64,000 nt of DNA from Vicinamibacteria bacterium (GCA_963555995.3 OY821641.1:3616001-3680000); one strand, 5' to 3'; shown: positions 19,380 to 29,717, numbered from the stretch's first letter. Made by a program: numbers and translations. The notes: a model not told the origin generated them from the sequence alone.

Positions 19380-19456
19380 GGGAACCGGTGATTCTCGCAC
19401 GGACGGCCGGATTCGGGATACCGTTCGCCGGTTCCCGCTCCGGCAAGGAGGCGCCG

Positions 19457-20911
19457 ATGTCCGATCTCTCGTTCCGCCGCCCGGCGGCCAGCCAGGCCCT
19501 CGGCCTTCTCGGGGCCATCGCGCTCCTCGCGCTCCCGGCGGCGGCCGCCGCCCAGACCGCCGGCGAACTCACCGAGGACGCCCGGCAGTACGTCCAGTAC
19601 GGCGATCCGGTCATCGCGATCACCGGGGTCCAGGTCGTGGACGGCACCGGCGCCGCCCCCCGCTCCGGCCAGACCGTGGTCATCGCCGACCGCCGCATCC
19701 GGAGCCTGGGCGCAGACGGCGACGTCGCGATCCCCGAGGGCGCGCGCCGGATTGACGGGTCCGGGCACACGGTGATCCCCGGCCTCATCGGCATCCACAA
19801 CCACACCTTCTACACGACGGCGGCGCGCCACTCGCAGATGAACACCACCTCGCCGCGGCTCTACCTGGCGGCGGGCGTCACCACGATCCGCACCACCGGC
19901 AGCTATTCCCCCTACAGCGAGATCAACATGCGGCGCGCCATCGAGGCGGGCGAGATCGTGGGCCCCCGGATGCACATCACCGGCCCCTACATCTCGGGCG
20001 CCGGGGCCAGCACCTACATGACCCAGGTGAACAGTCCCGAGGACGCCCGCCGGGTGGTGGCCTACTGGGCCGAGGAAGGGGCGACCTGGTTCAAGGCGTA
20101 CACGCGGATCTCGCGGGCCGAACTCGGCGCCGCCATCGAGGAAGCGCACAAGCACGGCCTCAAGTTCACCGCGCACCTCTGCTCGGTGACCTTCCGCGAG
20201 GCGGTGGACCTCGGGATTGACTCGCTGGAGCACGGGTTCTTCACGAACACCGAGTACCACGCCGACAAGGAGCCGGACGAGTGCCCGCCTGATTTCCGCA
20301 ACACCCTCCGGGACATTGACATTGATTCGGACGAGGTCAACGCCACCATCGCCCACATGGTGGACAACGAGGTCGCGCTCACCTCGACGCTCGCGGTCTA
20401 TGAACTCTCGGTGCCCGGCCGGCCGCCGCTGGAGGACCGGAACCTGGAGGCGCTCTCACCCGGCGCCCGCGACGAGTACCTGGCCCGCCGCGAGGAGATC
20501 GCCGGCGCCAGTGACGCGGTCATGCAGGACCTCTTCCCGAAGGCCCAGGCGTTCGAGTACCGCTACTTCCAGGCAGGCGGCCTGCTCGCCGCCGGCGTGG
20601 ACCCCACCGGGAACGGCGGCGCGCTGCCCGGCTTCGGCGACCAGCGGAACTACGAGCTGCTCCTCGAAGCCGAGTTCACCCCGGCGCAGGCCCTCCAGGT
20701 GATGAGCCTGAACGGCGCCCGGGTGCTCGGCGTGGACGGCGACCTCGGCAGCATCGAGGAGGGCAAGCTCGCCGACCTGATCCTGATTGACGGCGACCCG
20801 GTGGCGGACCCCTTCCAGATCCGAAACGTGGTGACCGTCTTCAAGGACGGCGTCGGCTACGACTCCCTGAAGCTGATCGCGTCCGTGAAGGGGTTGGTGG
20901 GCCTGGAGTAA
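19457..20911 (+). CDS. Secreted amidohydrolase
   Basis: SD AAGGAGG; IPGLIGIHNH, YLAAGVTTIRT, SLEHG, GSIEEGKLADL. Confidence 0.9.
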   Translation: MSDLSFRRPAASQALGLLGAIALLALPAAAAAQTAGELTEDARQYVQYGDPVIAITGVQVVDGTGAAPRSGQTVVIADRRIRSLGADGDVAIPEGARRIDGSGHTVIPGLIGIHNHTFYTTAARHSQMNTTSPRLYLAAGVTTIRTTGSYSPYSEINMRRAIEAGEIVGPRMHITGPYISGAGASTYMTQVNSPEDARRVVAYWAEEGATWFKAYTRISRAELGAAIEEAHKHGLKFTAHLCSVTFREAVDLGIDSLEHGFFTNTEYHADKEPDECPPDFRNTLRDIDIDSDEVNATIAHMVDNEVALTSTLAVYELSVPGRPPLEDRNLEALSPGARDEYLARREEIAGASDAVMQDLFPKAQAFEYRYFQAGGLLAAGVDPTGNGGALPGFGDQRNYELLLEAEFTPAQALQVMSLNGARVLGVDGDLGSIEEGKLADLILIDGDPVADPFQIRNVVTVFKDGVGYDSLKLIASVKGLVGLE

Positions 20912-20915
20912 GGCG

Positions 20916-21045
20916 GGGACCGCCGGTCTTCAGACCGGCACCCGCGGCCCGGAGGGCCGCGGAACGACGTAGCGCTCCGAGCCCGGACGACGCCGCAAGC
21001 TTGGAACGCCGGCTTCAGCCGGCATCGCGGCCGCAGGCCGCGAAT
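20916..21045. repeat. REP cluster
   Basis: GCCGGTCTTCAGACCGGC and GCCGGCTTCAGCCGGC hairpins. Confidence 0.75.
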
Positions 21046-21078
21046 CCGCCTAACGCTGCGCCCCGATGGCGCGCCGGC

Positions 21079-22104
21079 TCAGGGAAGCCGCTCGATCCTC
21101 GGCCGAAACACGCGGTCCAGCAGGTTGAGCTTCCGGACCAGCCACTCGTGCTGCCGCGCCCAATCGTTCGGATCGTTCAAGACCACGTTCTCCAGCCGCA
21201 CTCCGATCTCCCGCTCGCTCGGCTTCCGGTCGTCCCAGAACATGGCCGATGCCATCGCGGACTCGATGGCATCCCGGTCGCGCATCAACCGCCCGAAGGC
21301 GGGCGCTCGGTGCGTCGACAGGTAGAGGGATGCGGAGATCCGTCCCGCCGCGCGGTGCGTCGTCGCGTAGAGGTAGAACCCGCTTCTGCCGATCGGGAAA
21401 CTCATCCAGTTGTCCTTCCCCGGGGTTCTCCGGGCGAACGGCGCGCGCGCACTGTTTCCGGAAACGGGTCCGCCAATGCGATTGAGTTTGTCGAGGACGG
21501 CGTCCCAGTACTTCCGGTGGAACTCCGGGGCGCTCAAGCCGGCCAGTGACGCGTCCCTCACCCCAGGTGGTCCCGTTCGTGGCGAAGCTGGGGAGCCACC
21601 GGATGCCGGTGACCCCTCCCGGGAGCGATCCGCGCGCTGGCCGGCGCTGTACCAGCCGGCACCGGAGTCCTGAACCTCCGGCAGAGGTCGCGACCCTGCG
21701 TCGGCCCATCCCGGACCAAGGTCTGACCCCAGGTCGCCGATCAGCTTCAAGCCAGCACTCTCGAACCGGCGAAAGTCGGTCAGGTTCGCCGTGGCGAGAC
21801 GCGCCCCGTCATGGATTGCTACCGCCGCGATGACGCAGTCCGGCAGGGAGCCGCGTCGCCGGCCGGACTCGTTGAAGAGACGCGCAGCGACGCCCGCGTG
21901 CTCGATCGTGAAATCGCGGTACGAGTCCACGATGCGCGTTGCCAGCTCCTGCTCCGCGGGTTTGATCGGCCCGCACTGGAACTCGGCCCAGGCGAGCGCG
22001 CTGACGACGATGGACTCGTCCGGATCCATCGTTTCGAGCAGGCGGGTCTCGGGGGCATCCGGGGCGAGAATGCGGATCAGGAAGCTGGTGTCCAGATGAA
22101 TCAC
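21079..22104 (-). CDS. PIN/VapC toxin in frame with a C-terminal DUF4268-like domain
   Basis: MIHLDTSFLI..WAEF..DCVIAAVA..LATANLTDF (PIN); then KYWDAV..NWMSFPIGRSG..WARQHEWL..VFRPRI. Confidence 0.75.
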   Translation of the reverse strand: MIHLDTSFLIRILAPDAPETRLLETMDPDESIVVSALAWAEFQCGPIKPAEQELATRIVDSYRDFTIEHAGVAARLFNESGRRRGSLPDCVIAAVAIHDGARLATANLTDFRRFESAGLKLIGDLGSDLGPGWADAGSRPLPEVQDSGAGWYSAGQRADRSREGSPASGGSPASPRTGPPGVRDASLAGLSAPEFHRKYWDAVLDKLNRIGGPVSGNSARAPFARRTPGKDNWMSFPIGRSGFYLYATTHRAAGRISASLYLSTHRAPAFGRLMRDRDAIESAMASAMFWDDRKPSEREIGVRLENVVLNDPNDWARQHEWLVRKLNLLDRVFRPRIERLP

Positions 22105-22376
22105 TCGGGGTCACCGGGAAGACGCGGGAACGAAGCGCGCCGCATTTCACGTGCTTCTCTTTCCCAAGCCGCCAAATCCACGCCGCGCTTTGCCACCGAG
22201 TCCTGAAGTTCTCTGAGGGCCCGCATCCTGGTGTCCCGCCGTGAGGGCTGCCGCTCGAGCTCACTGCGGACCGCTCTGCGCAGCGCCTCGGACTTCGAAA
22301 CACTCCACCGTCGCGCCAAATCCTCCAGAGCGCGCACCGTGCCAACATCGAGCGAGTACGTGGTTTTGATCGTCAT
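22101..22376 (-). CDS. Ribbon-helix-helix antitoxin (VapB-like)
   Basis: KTTYSLD...LEDLARRWSVSKSEALRRAV; 4-nt overlap with the PIN gene; alternative start at 22385. Confidence 0.82.
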   Translation of the reverse strand: MTIKTTYSLDVGTVRALEDLARRWSVSKSEALRRAVRSELERQPSRRDTRMRALRELQDSVAKRGVDLAAWEREAREMRRASFPRLPGDPE

Positions 22377-22380
22377 AACA

Positions 22381-22401
22381 GCCATATATGAACTATATGG
22401 C
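22381..22401. promoter_or_regulatory. Probable operator of the RHH antitoxin
   Basis: Perfect inverted repeat GCCATATA-tgaac-TATATGGC in an AT-rich patch at the antitoxin start. Confidence 0.6.
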
Positions 22402-22578
22402 CATATTGATTGTCGATTAACAAGCATCCGCGATCTCTTGCACGCCCGCCGCTACTCGGGTTCGTCCTCGCCAGCCCGGTACAACGGCCGGATCGCCTCC
22501 TTCACGACCGCGGGAACGGTGTGTCTCTGATTGCCTCAAGCCACTGGGCTACATTGTCGTTGTCGAGGAGAGAGGTTC

Positions 22579-22875
22579 ATGGCGAAGCGATCGAGCATCG
22601 GTGTTTCCGTGACGCCACAGCAGGCCGATTTCCTGAACTCGCTCGTTCGGGGCGGCGAATACCAGTCGGTCAGCGAGGCCGTCCGTGCCGCCCTGCGACT
22701 GTTTCAGCACCGTCGCGCGGTGCTGCGGGCCGAGATCGAACGCGCGCGGGGAAAGATCGCGGCGGGCGTGGACGACTTGGACCAGGGCCGCTTCGTTGAG
22801 GGTGAGGTGTTCTTTCGGGAGTGGGACGCTGATCTCGACGAGCGTGAGGAGGCATCCCGGCTCCACACCCCGTGA
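22579..22875 (+). CDS. ParD-family antitoxin (orphan)
   Basis: VSVTPQQADFLNSLVRGGEYQSVSEAVRAALRL...GVDDLDQGRFVEG. Confidence 0.8.
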   Translation: MAKRSSIGVSVTPQQADFLNSLVRGGEYQSVSEAVRAALRLFQHRRAVLRAEIERARGKIAAGVDDLDQGRFVEGEVFFREWDADLDEREEASRLHTP

Positions 22876-22959
22876 ACCGGCGTGTCTTTTCGGAGGCGGC
22901 GAGCGCAGCCGGGCCCGCCCGGCGAACGAGGTTCGTCCCACCGCCCGCCTGCGGCGGGC

Positions 22960-23070
22960 TGTGCCGGCTGAAGCCGGCGTTCCAAGCCGTACGCGCCATC
23001 GGGACATATGGCCCGACGCGCTCTGCGGGCCTGCGGCCCGCGTGCCGGTCGGAGACCGGCGTTCCAAGCC
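22960..23070. repeat. REP cluster
   Basis: Two hairpins, each followed by GTTCCAAGCC. Confidence 0.75.
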
Positions 23071-23080
23071 GTTTCTGCGG

Positions 23081-25111
23081 TCAGCGGTTGTCGCCGGCGC
23101 GGTAGAGGCGGCGGATTGCCTCCTCGAGCGGGCCCGGGAAGGTGGCGTCGCCGATCGCCTGGAGGGCGGCGAGTGCGCCCTCGCGGTCGCCTTGGGCTTC
23201 CGCCACCAGTGCGAGGTTGAAGCGGACCGCCGCCATGTCGAGCGGTGATCCGGGCTCGATCGCTGCGGCGGCGCGGGTGAGGGCCGCGTGCGCCGCCTCG
23301 ACTTCGCCGGCGGCGAACGCGGCCAGGCCTTCAGTCAGGGCGGTTACCTCGGCGGGCTCTGCGCCGCCGTCCACCCGGACCCGGTAGCTTGGCTCGCCGG
23401 CGTCGCTGCCGCCGGGAAGCTGGCTCCGGGATAGGACGATCGCTCCCTCACGGAACTCGGCCGCGCAGTCCTCGGCGAAGGGGCCGTCGGGTGGCCCCCA
23501 CGCGAGACAGGACTCCCCGTCCGTCCGCTCGCGGACGAACACCAGCCCCTCGTCGCGGGCGGTCACGCTCACCGCGCGTCCGGGAACGATTTCGAGCACG
23601 TCGAGTTCCCCCGGGTCTCCCGGCCGGACCACGGCCGACAGCACCAGCGCCGCCCCGGCCGCTCCCTCGTAGTCCCGCTGGATCACGAAGGACTCCCCGA
23701 TGGCCGCGACCCGCAGACGCCCGCCGGGGACGGCCCGCACCACGTCTCCGTCCAGCGCCTGCGCGGCCTGCAGGAGGCGCTCCCCGAAGCGGGGCGCGAT
23801 CCGCGCCAGCAGCGCGAGCCGGGCCGCATCCCCGGCCTCGATCCCGGAAGCCGTCCGGAGCAGGGACACCCCGCGCGCCGCCGGATCGCTCGCCGCCCGC
23901 AGGGTGGTGCGGACCGCGTTCAGCAGGCGGTCCTCGATGTCCCGCACCGGTTCGGCGCCGGCCGCGAGCCGCCGGAGGACCTGGGTCAAGGCCTCGGGGT
24001 CGTCGGGAACCTCCACCAGCGCCGCGGTGCTGCCCTCGACCGGGGAGTCGTCGAGGAACCGGAACAGCGCGGTCAGGTCGCGGCGGACCGAACCGCCGCC
24101 CAGCGGGATGCGCCAGACGGACAGCCCCGCCCGCGCCGCCAGCCAGAGGGTGCCGCCGGTGTCCGCGCCGGGACGGAATTCCACCGTGTCTCGCCGGACG
24201 ACGTGCCCGATGGGCCGCTCCCGGATCCGGGCCCGCGCCGCTGCCGACTGCGGCTCCGGCACGAAGAACCCGCCGCCCGTCAACCCGGCGATCCGGTTCA
24301 GGATGGCGAGGTCGGCGTCGGACACCGCCGCGATCACGTCCGCGGGCTGGCCCCGGAGGGCGGTCTGCAGCTCGTCCAGCACCTCGCCGCAGCGGGGACA
24401 GCCGTCCGCCGGGAAGTAGAGGACGAGCGGCCGGCCCTCCGCGAACGACCGCTCGCTCGACCAGACGCCGCCCTCGACGGCCAGCGACAGGCTCGGGAAG
24501 GTCCCGTCGTAGGGGGTCGTCCCCTCCGGCGGACGCCGCCGCGAGGTCTCGGGAGCCCGGAAACGGAACCGGTCGAGCGCCGCGGCGAGGCCGTTCTCGG
24601 TCCGGAAGGCGCCGGTTTCCCTGAGCAGCTCCAGCGCGTCCTCGTCCGATCCCCCGGACCGCGCCCACGAGCGAAGGAGCGCATCCACCCGCCCGGACAG
24701 CGGTATTCCCGGGAGGTCCGCCAGTCGGCGCCACGTCTCCGCCCGCGGATCCAGCGCGACCGCGCGCCGGTACTCCCGCGCCGCCCCGCCCGCGTCACCA
24801 ACCGCGGCCAGCGCATCCCCCAGCGTCACCCGGTACGCCGCGCGCCGCAGCCGGTACGCGGCATTCGCGGCCCCGGTGAACTCGTCCAGCACGATCCGGC
24901 CCTCGGGCACCTCCTGGCTCCAGTCGGTCGGCTCGAACTCGTCGGACCGGGTGATCGCGGCAAACGCGCTCTCCAGCGCCGCCTCCCCATCGCCGGCCCC
25001 CAGCAGCCGCCGCGCCTCCGCGTGCTCGGCGGACCCCGGCGGCTGCGCCCACGCGGCAGCAACCCCCGCCACCCACACCGCGACCAACGCCGCGCCGACC
25101 CGGCGGGTCAA
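23081..25111 (-). CDS. Secreted TPR protein with thioredoxin-like CxxC segment
   Basis: TTG overlapping the upstream stop; signal peptide; TPR-like helices (LGDALAAVGDAGGAAREYRRAVALDP); LVLYFPADGCPRC. Confidence 0.65.
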   Translation of the reverse strand: MTRRVGAALVAVWVAGVAAAWAQPPGSAEHAEARRLLGAGDGEAALESAFAAITRSDEFEPTDWSQEVPEGRIVLDEFTGAANAAYRLRRAAYRVTLGDALAAVGDAGGAAREYRRAVALDPRAETWRRLADLPGIPLSGRVDALLRSWARSGGSDEDALELLRETGAFRTENGLAAALDRFRFRAPETSRRRPPEGTTPYDGTFPSLSLAVEGGVWSSERSFAEGRPLVLYFPADGCPRCGEVLDELQTALRGQPADVIAAVSDADLAILNRIAGLTGGGFFVPEPQSAAARARIRERPIGHVVRRDTVEFRPGADTGGTLWLAARAGLSVWRIPLGGGSVRRDLTALFRFLDDSPVEGSTAALVEVPDDPEALTQVLRRLAAGAEPVRDIEDRLLNAVRTTLRAASDPAARGVSLLRTASGIEAGDAARLALLARIAPRFGERLLQAAQALDGDVVRAVPGGRLRVAAIGESFVIQRDYEGAAGAALVLSAVVRPGDPGELDVLEIVPGRAVSVTARDEGLVFVRERTDGESCLAWGPPDGPFAEDCAAEFREGAIVLSRSQLPGGSDAGEPSYRVRVDGGAEPAEVTALTEGLAAFAAGEVEAAHAALTRAAAAIEPGSPLDMAAVRFNLALVAEAQGDREGALAALQAIGDATFPGPLEEAIRRLYRAGDNR

Positions 25112-26283
25112 CGGAGTCGCCGGAGCCGCTCGACCGCCTCCACGAGCGTTTCCCGGTTCTTGCAGAAGGTGAACCGGAGCCGCTGCCTGCCCGCCGCGGG
25201 ATCGGCGTAGAAGCTCGACCCCGGCACCGCGGCCACGCCCACCGTCTTCACGAGGTGCTCGGCGAAGGCCACGTCGTCCGGGAAGCCGAAGTCCGAGATG
25301 TCCGTCATCACGTAGTAGGCCCCGCCGGGCTCGAAGCAGCGGAACCCCACCTCGGTGAGCCCCGCGACCATGAGGTCGCGCCGCGCCTGGTACCTCTGCC
25401 GCAGGTCCTCGTAGTAGCTCTCCGGCAGCCGCAGGGCCGCCGCCCCCGCCTCCTGCAGCGGAGCCGCCGCGCCCACCGTCAGGAAGTCGTGCACCTTGCG
25501 GATCGCGGAGCTCAGGTCCTCGCTCGCGACCGTCCAGCCGACCCGCCAGCCGGTCACGGAATACGACTTGGACAACCCGCTGATGGTCACGGTGCGGTCC
25601 GCCATCCCGGGCAGCGTGGCGATCGGGATGTGCCGGGCGCCGCCGTAGGTGATGAACTCGTAGATCTCGTCGGTGAAGGCGATGAGGTCGTGCTCGATGC
25701 AAAGCGCCGCGATCCGCGACAGCTCTTCTTCGCCGAACACCTTGCCGCTCGGGTTCTGCGGGCTGTTCACGATGATCGCCCGGGTGCGTTCGTTGACGGC
25801 GGCCCGCAGTTCGTCCTCGTCGAAGGTCCAGTCCGGCTCGTGGAGGCGGACGTAGCGGGGCACCGCGCCCGAGAGGATGGTGTCCGGCCCGTAGTTCTCG
25901 TAGAACGGCTCGAAGACGATGACCTCCTCGCCCGGGTCCACCACCGCCAGCATCGTGGCGATCATGGCCTCGGTCGAGCCGCAGGCCACCGTGAAGTTCC
26001 GCTCGGCGTCCACGTCCATGCCGTAGAGCGCCCGGTAGCGCTCGGCGAGCGCGTCGCGCAGCGACTTCGCGCCCCAGGTGATCGCGTACTGGTTGATGTC
26101 CCGGCGGATGGCCTCCACGGCGGCCTCCTTGATCTCGGCGGGCGCCGGGAAGTCCGGGAACCCCTGGGCGAGGTTCACGCCGCCGTACTGCATCGAGAGA
26201 CGGGTCATCTCGCGGATCACCGACTCGGTGAACCGGGCGGCCTTCCGGCTGCCGCGGCGCCGCGCGGCCAGGGTCTCGCTCAC
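25108..26283 (-). CDS. PLP-dependent aminotransferase class I/II
   Basis: VNLAQGFPDF, NSPQNPSGKV, DEIYE, SGLSKSYSVTGWRVG. Confidence 0.92.
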   Translation of the reverse strand: MSETLAARRRGSRKAARFTESVIREMTRLSMQYGGVNLAQGFPDFPAPAEIKEAAVEAIRRDINQYAITWGAKSLRDALAERYRALYGMDVDAERNFTVACGSTEAMIATMLAVVDPGEEVIVFEPFYENYGPDTILSGAVPRYVRLHEPDWTFDEDELRAAVNERTRAIIVNSPQNPSGKVFGEEELSRIAALCIEHDLIAFTDEIYEFITYGGARHIPIATLPGMADRTVTISGLSKSYSVTGWRVGWTVASEDLSSAIRKVHDFLTVGAAAPLQEAGAAALRLPESYYEDLRQRYQARRDLMVAGLTEVGFRCFEPGGAYYVMTDISDFGFPDDVAFAEHLVKTVGVAAVPGSSFYADPAAGRQRLRFTFCKNRETLVEAVERLRRLR

Positions 26284-28547
26284 TGGCTTGCCTTCGCTTT
26301 CGTCTTGCCGAGCTCGGGGTAGAGGCGGCGGTAGATCTTCTCGTTCCGCATGATGAGCTTCACGTAGGTGCGCGTCTCCGTGAACGGGATCTCCTCGATG
26401 AACACCTCGGCGGGGATCGTCATGTTCATGTCGGTCCAGTCCCGCACCCGGTGCGGGCCGGCGTTGTAGCCGGCGAGCGCCATCTCCGGGCGGCTCGCGA
26501 ACCGGTCGAGGAGCTGCCGCAGGTAGCGCGTCCCGAAGCGGATGCTCACGCCGGGATCGTAGAGCCGCGAGGTCCGGTAGCTGACCCCTTCGAGCCGGGC
26601 GAGCGCCCGGCCGGTCGCCGGCATGACCTGCATCAGCCCGCGCGCCCCCACCGGCGAACGGGTGCGGGGGACGAACACCGACTCCTGCCGGATGAGCGAC
26701 GCGACCCAGTAGGGGTCGAGGTCCCACTGGCCGGAGCGCTCCAGGATCCGCTCCTCGAAGCGCAGCGGATAGAGGATGCGCCAGAAGGCGTCCGGCAGGG
26801 CCTCCCCGGCGGCGGAGGTGTGGAACGGCGCGGCGCGCCGGAGCGCCTGGATGGACTGGACGGCCAGGTTGCCGTCGGCGAGCAGCCAGGCGCGGATCGC
26901 CTCGAACGCCGGGTCGTCGGGCAGCCCGCGCCGGGCGGCGGCCAGCGCCGCGTCCCGGGCGCGCTCGCCGTACCCGGCGGCGTAGAGCTCCTCGATCCGC
27001 GCCGCCTCCGCCGCGCGCCGGACCCGGAACCGCTCGAGGAGCCGGTGGGGCTCGCTCAGCGGGTTGGCGAGGTCCTCCTGCCGGCCCAGCGCCTCGAGCC
27101 GCTCCGCGGCCATCCTCCCGTAGTACGAGTTCTGGTAGCCGACGAAGACCTCCCGGTAGAGCTCCGCCGCGCCGTCCGGGTCCCCCGTCCGCTCCCGCGA
27201 ACGCCCGGCGTAGTAGAGGAACTGGCCGGCCATGAAGTCGCCGGGGTTCTCCCGCGCCGCGCGCTCGAACTCCTCGGCCGTCCCGTCGAGATCCCCGTTG
27301 CGGTACCGGTCCCACAGGACGTGCCAGCGGGCGAAGGGGCCGTGCTGGCCGGTCGGATACGCCTCGGCCAGCCGGGCGAGGAACGGCAGGGCGGCCACGC
27401 GGTCGTTCTGCGCCAACTGCGCCCGGGCCATGCTGTAGAGCGCCCGCTCCCCGAACGGGTGTTCCTGTTCCAGCGCGAGCAGCTCCTCGAGCACCCGCTG
27501 CTGGGTAGTCCGCCGTTCCAGCCGGCGCAGCGACTCGCCGCGGTAGTAGAGAGCTTCCGGCAGGAGGTCCGGACGCCGGATGCGCGCCAGCGTCCGCAGC
27601 GAGGCGCTCAGCCGCCGCCGGTGGTGCTCCGCCACCCCGATGCGCAGCCGCACCAGTTCGGTATCGGCCGCCGCGGCGAACCGCCGCGCGACCTCCAGGT
27701 AGTTCTCATGCGCCTTCCGGTGGTTCCCGGCCCGCGCGAACCCCGCCGCCCGCCGCATCGCCCGCGGATACTTCTCGGCGGCCGACGGGTTCCTGACGTC
27801 CCGCCGCTTGTACAGCGTCGAGAGCTGCCGCCCCGCGGGAAGCGACTCCCCGTGGGTCGGCATGTCGTAGTACAGGACCTCCAGCGTCCGCGCGGCGTCC
27901 TCGCGCCGCCCGAGCCGTTCGAGCGCCGCAGCCTTCGCGGCCAACGCCTCACCCCGCAGCGTGAACCCGCCGTCGGCGATGGCGGCGTCCAGATGGCTCA
28001 GCGCCTCCTCCCGTTCCCCAGCCCGCGCCAGCCGCCGCCCCAGATCGAACCGAAGCCGGTCCCGCTCCCCGTACTCCGGAAACTCATCCAGCACCCGCCT
28101 CAGCAACGCGATCCCATCCCTCCGCCGCACCCCCGGCAAACTCCTCCCCAGCAGATGCAGCGCATCCGCCGTCAGCTCGCTGTCCGCCAGCTCCGGCGCG
28201 GTAAGCCGCTCCTCCGCCTCCGTCCACCGCCCCCGCCGCAACGCATCACCACCCAACCGGTACGAAGCCGCGCCCCGAGCCCGCCCCGGCAACGCGGCGT
28301 CATCAGCAATCGCTTCCAGCGCCTTCTGCCGGTCCACCCGCGACTCGATCATCGCCGCCCGCCGCACCGCCGCCAGCCCGTCCGGCAGTTCCTCCAGCGC
28401 CTCCCACGGAATCCCGGAGAACTCTTCGGACGTTTCCCCGGCCACCCCGAGCGGAACCGCCAGAAAAAACACGAAGGCCCCGACGGCGATGGTCGGAGCG
28501 CCGGCCTCCGGCCGGCATCGCGCGCGCAGCGCGCGAAACGCACGCAA
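26280..28547 (-). CDS. slt: Soluble lytic murein transglycosylase (Slt70-like, TPR plus SLT); start uncertain, frame open to 29231
   Basis: LIRQESVF, SPVGARGLMQVMP, ALAGYNAGP, EEIPFTETRTYVK. Confidence 0.85.
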   Translation of the reverse strand: MRAFRALRARCRPEAGAPTIAVGAFVFFLAVPLGVAGETSEEFSGIPWEALEELPDGLAAVRRAAMIESRVDRQKALEAIADDAALPGRARGAASYRLGGDALRRGRWTEAEERLTAPELADSELTADALHLLGRSLPGVRRRDGIALLRRVLDEFPEYGERDRLRFDLGRRLARAGEREEALSHLDAAIADGGFTLRGEALAAKAAALERLGRREDAARTLEVLYYDMPTHGESLPAGRQLSTLYKRRDVRNPSAAEKYPRAMRRAAGFARAGNHRKAHENYLEVARRFAAAADTELVRLRIGVAEHHRRRLSASLRTLARIRRPDLLPEALYYRGESLRRLERRTTQQRVLEELLALEQEHPFGERALYSMARAQLAQNDRVAALPFLARLAEAYPTGQHGPFARWHVLWDRYRNGDLDGTAEEFERAARENPGDFMAGQFLYYAGRSRERTGDPDGAAELYREVFVGYQNSYYGRMAAERLEALGRQEDLANPLSEPHRLLERFRVRRAAEAARIEELYAAGYGERARDAALAAARRGLPDDPAFEAIRAWLLADGNLAVQSIQALRRAAPFHTSAAGEALPDAFWRILYPLRFEERILERSGQWDLDPYWVASLIRQESVFVPRTRSPVGARGLMQVMPATGRALARLEGVSYRTSRLYDPGVSIRFGTRYLRQLLDRFASRPEMALAGYNAGPHRVRDWTDMNMTIPAEVFIEEIPFTETRTYVKLIMRNEKIYRRLYPELGKTKAKASQ

Positions 28548-29095
28548 CGCCGTCGTGCGGAGTCGCGCCGCCGGCTGGGACCGCCGGTCTTCAGACCGGC
28601 ACAGCCCGCCGGAGGCGGGCGGAGTCGCGTACGGCCGCTCGCCCAGATCGCGCGAACGCAAGAACCACCAACCTCCCGATCGGCGGGATGTCGCTGCCGG
28701 CTTGGAACGCCGGTCTCCAGACCGGCACGCGCGGCGCTCCGCGCCGCGCACGTCGTGACCCCACCCGGAAACAGGTAGCTCCAGCCTCGGCGCCGACTCG
28801 CCCAGCAGAGATGGCGCCCCCGGCTCGGAACGTCCGGCCTCCGTGATGGCGTGCCGGCTGGGACCGCCGGTCTTCAGACCGGCACGCGGGCCGCAGGCCT
28901 GCAAATCGCGTCTCGCTCCTCCCCCGCATGGCGCCCCCGGCTTGGAACGCCGGTCTCCAGACCGGCACGCGCGGCGCTCCGCGCCGCGCACGTCGTGACC
29001 CCGCTCGGAAACAGGCGACTCCAGCCTCGGCGTGGAGCCGACCAGCGAAGACGGCGCCCCCGCCTCGCAGCTCCGGCCCCCAGCCGGCATCGCGC
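28494..29095. repeat. REP cluster in the 5' region of slt
   Basis: At least five hairpins; duplicated block 28697-28812 / 28937-29060. Confidence 0.8.
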
Positions 29096-29346
29096 GACAG
29101 CGCGAAACCCGCCCTGATGGCACCCCATTCCTCACAACCAGCGGCCCACGCACGAGACGCCCCTCCCAAGCGTCACCCCCACCAAGGGACCGTTCCAGCC
29201 GGGGTAGATCGCCGGTCGTGACGTCATTCACAGGCTGCTACAATCCTAGCCGATTCGCGACGCGGTCCTGGGTGCGGGGCAACTGTCCCCACCGGGATCC
29301 GGGGCCGGTTTTCGGCCTCGGAATTGCCGCCTGACTCGCGCGAGGA

Positions 29347-29717
29347 GGGGGCGTACTGGGTTCGACGAAGGTACATGAAGCAACGACTGCATGTCGGGGG
29401 TCCATCTCCCGTAAACGGTGGAAAACCAACAAACGCCAACACTGATCTGGCACTGGCTGCTTAAGCCACGTCCTTCCTGACCACGCCTGCCGGGCGGGAA
29501 AGGACGTCGACCAGGCGGGCTTGGCCGGCGGTCCTCCCGAGCCGCCGGTGAGACTCAGGGATAGGTCCTACGGCGCGATTCGCCGGGTTGATGCGCCGCG
29601 GGGCCGAAACAGGGAAAGGCGCCTCCGGGCGCGGGTTCCCGCCACAACCCGGATATGCATGTAGACGTCGTTGTCGAAGGCTTTCGGACGCGGGTTCGAT
29701 TCCCGCCGCCTCCACCA
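29347..29717 (+). ncRNA. ssrA: tmRNA
   Basis: 5' GGGGGCGTACTGGGTTCGAC; tag ORF ANTDLALAA* (29435-29464); 3' T-arm GCGGGTTCGATTCCCGC then CGCCTCCACCA. Confidence 0.96.
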
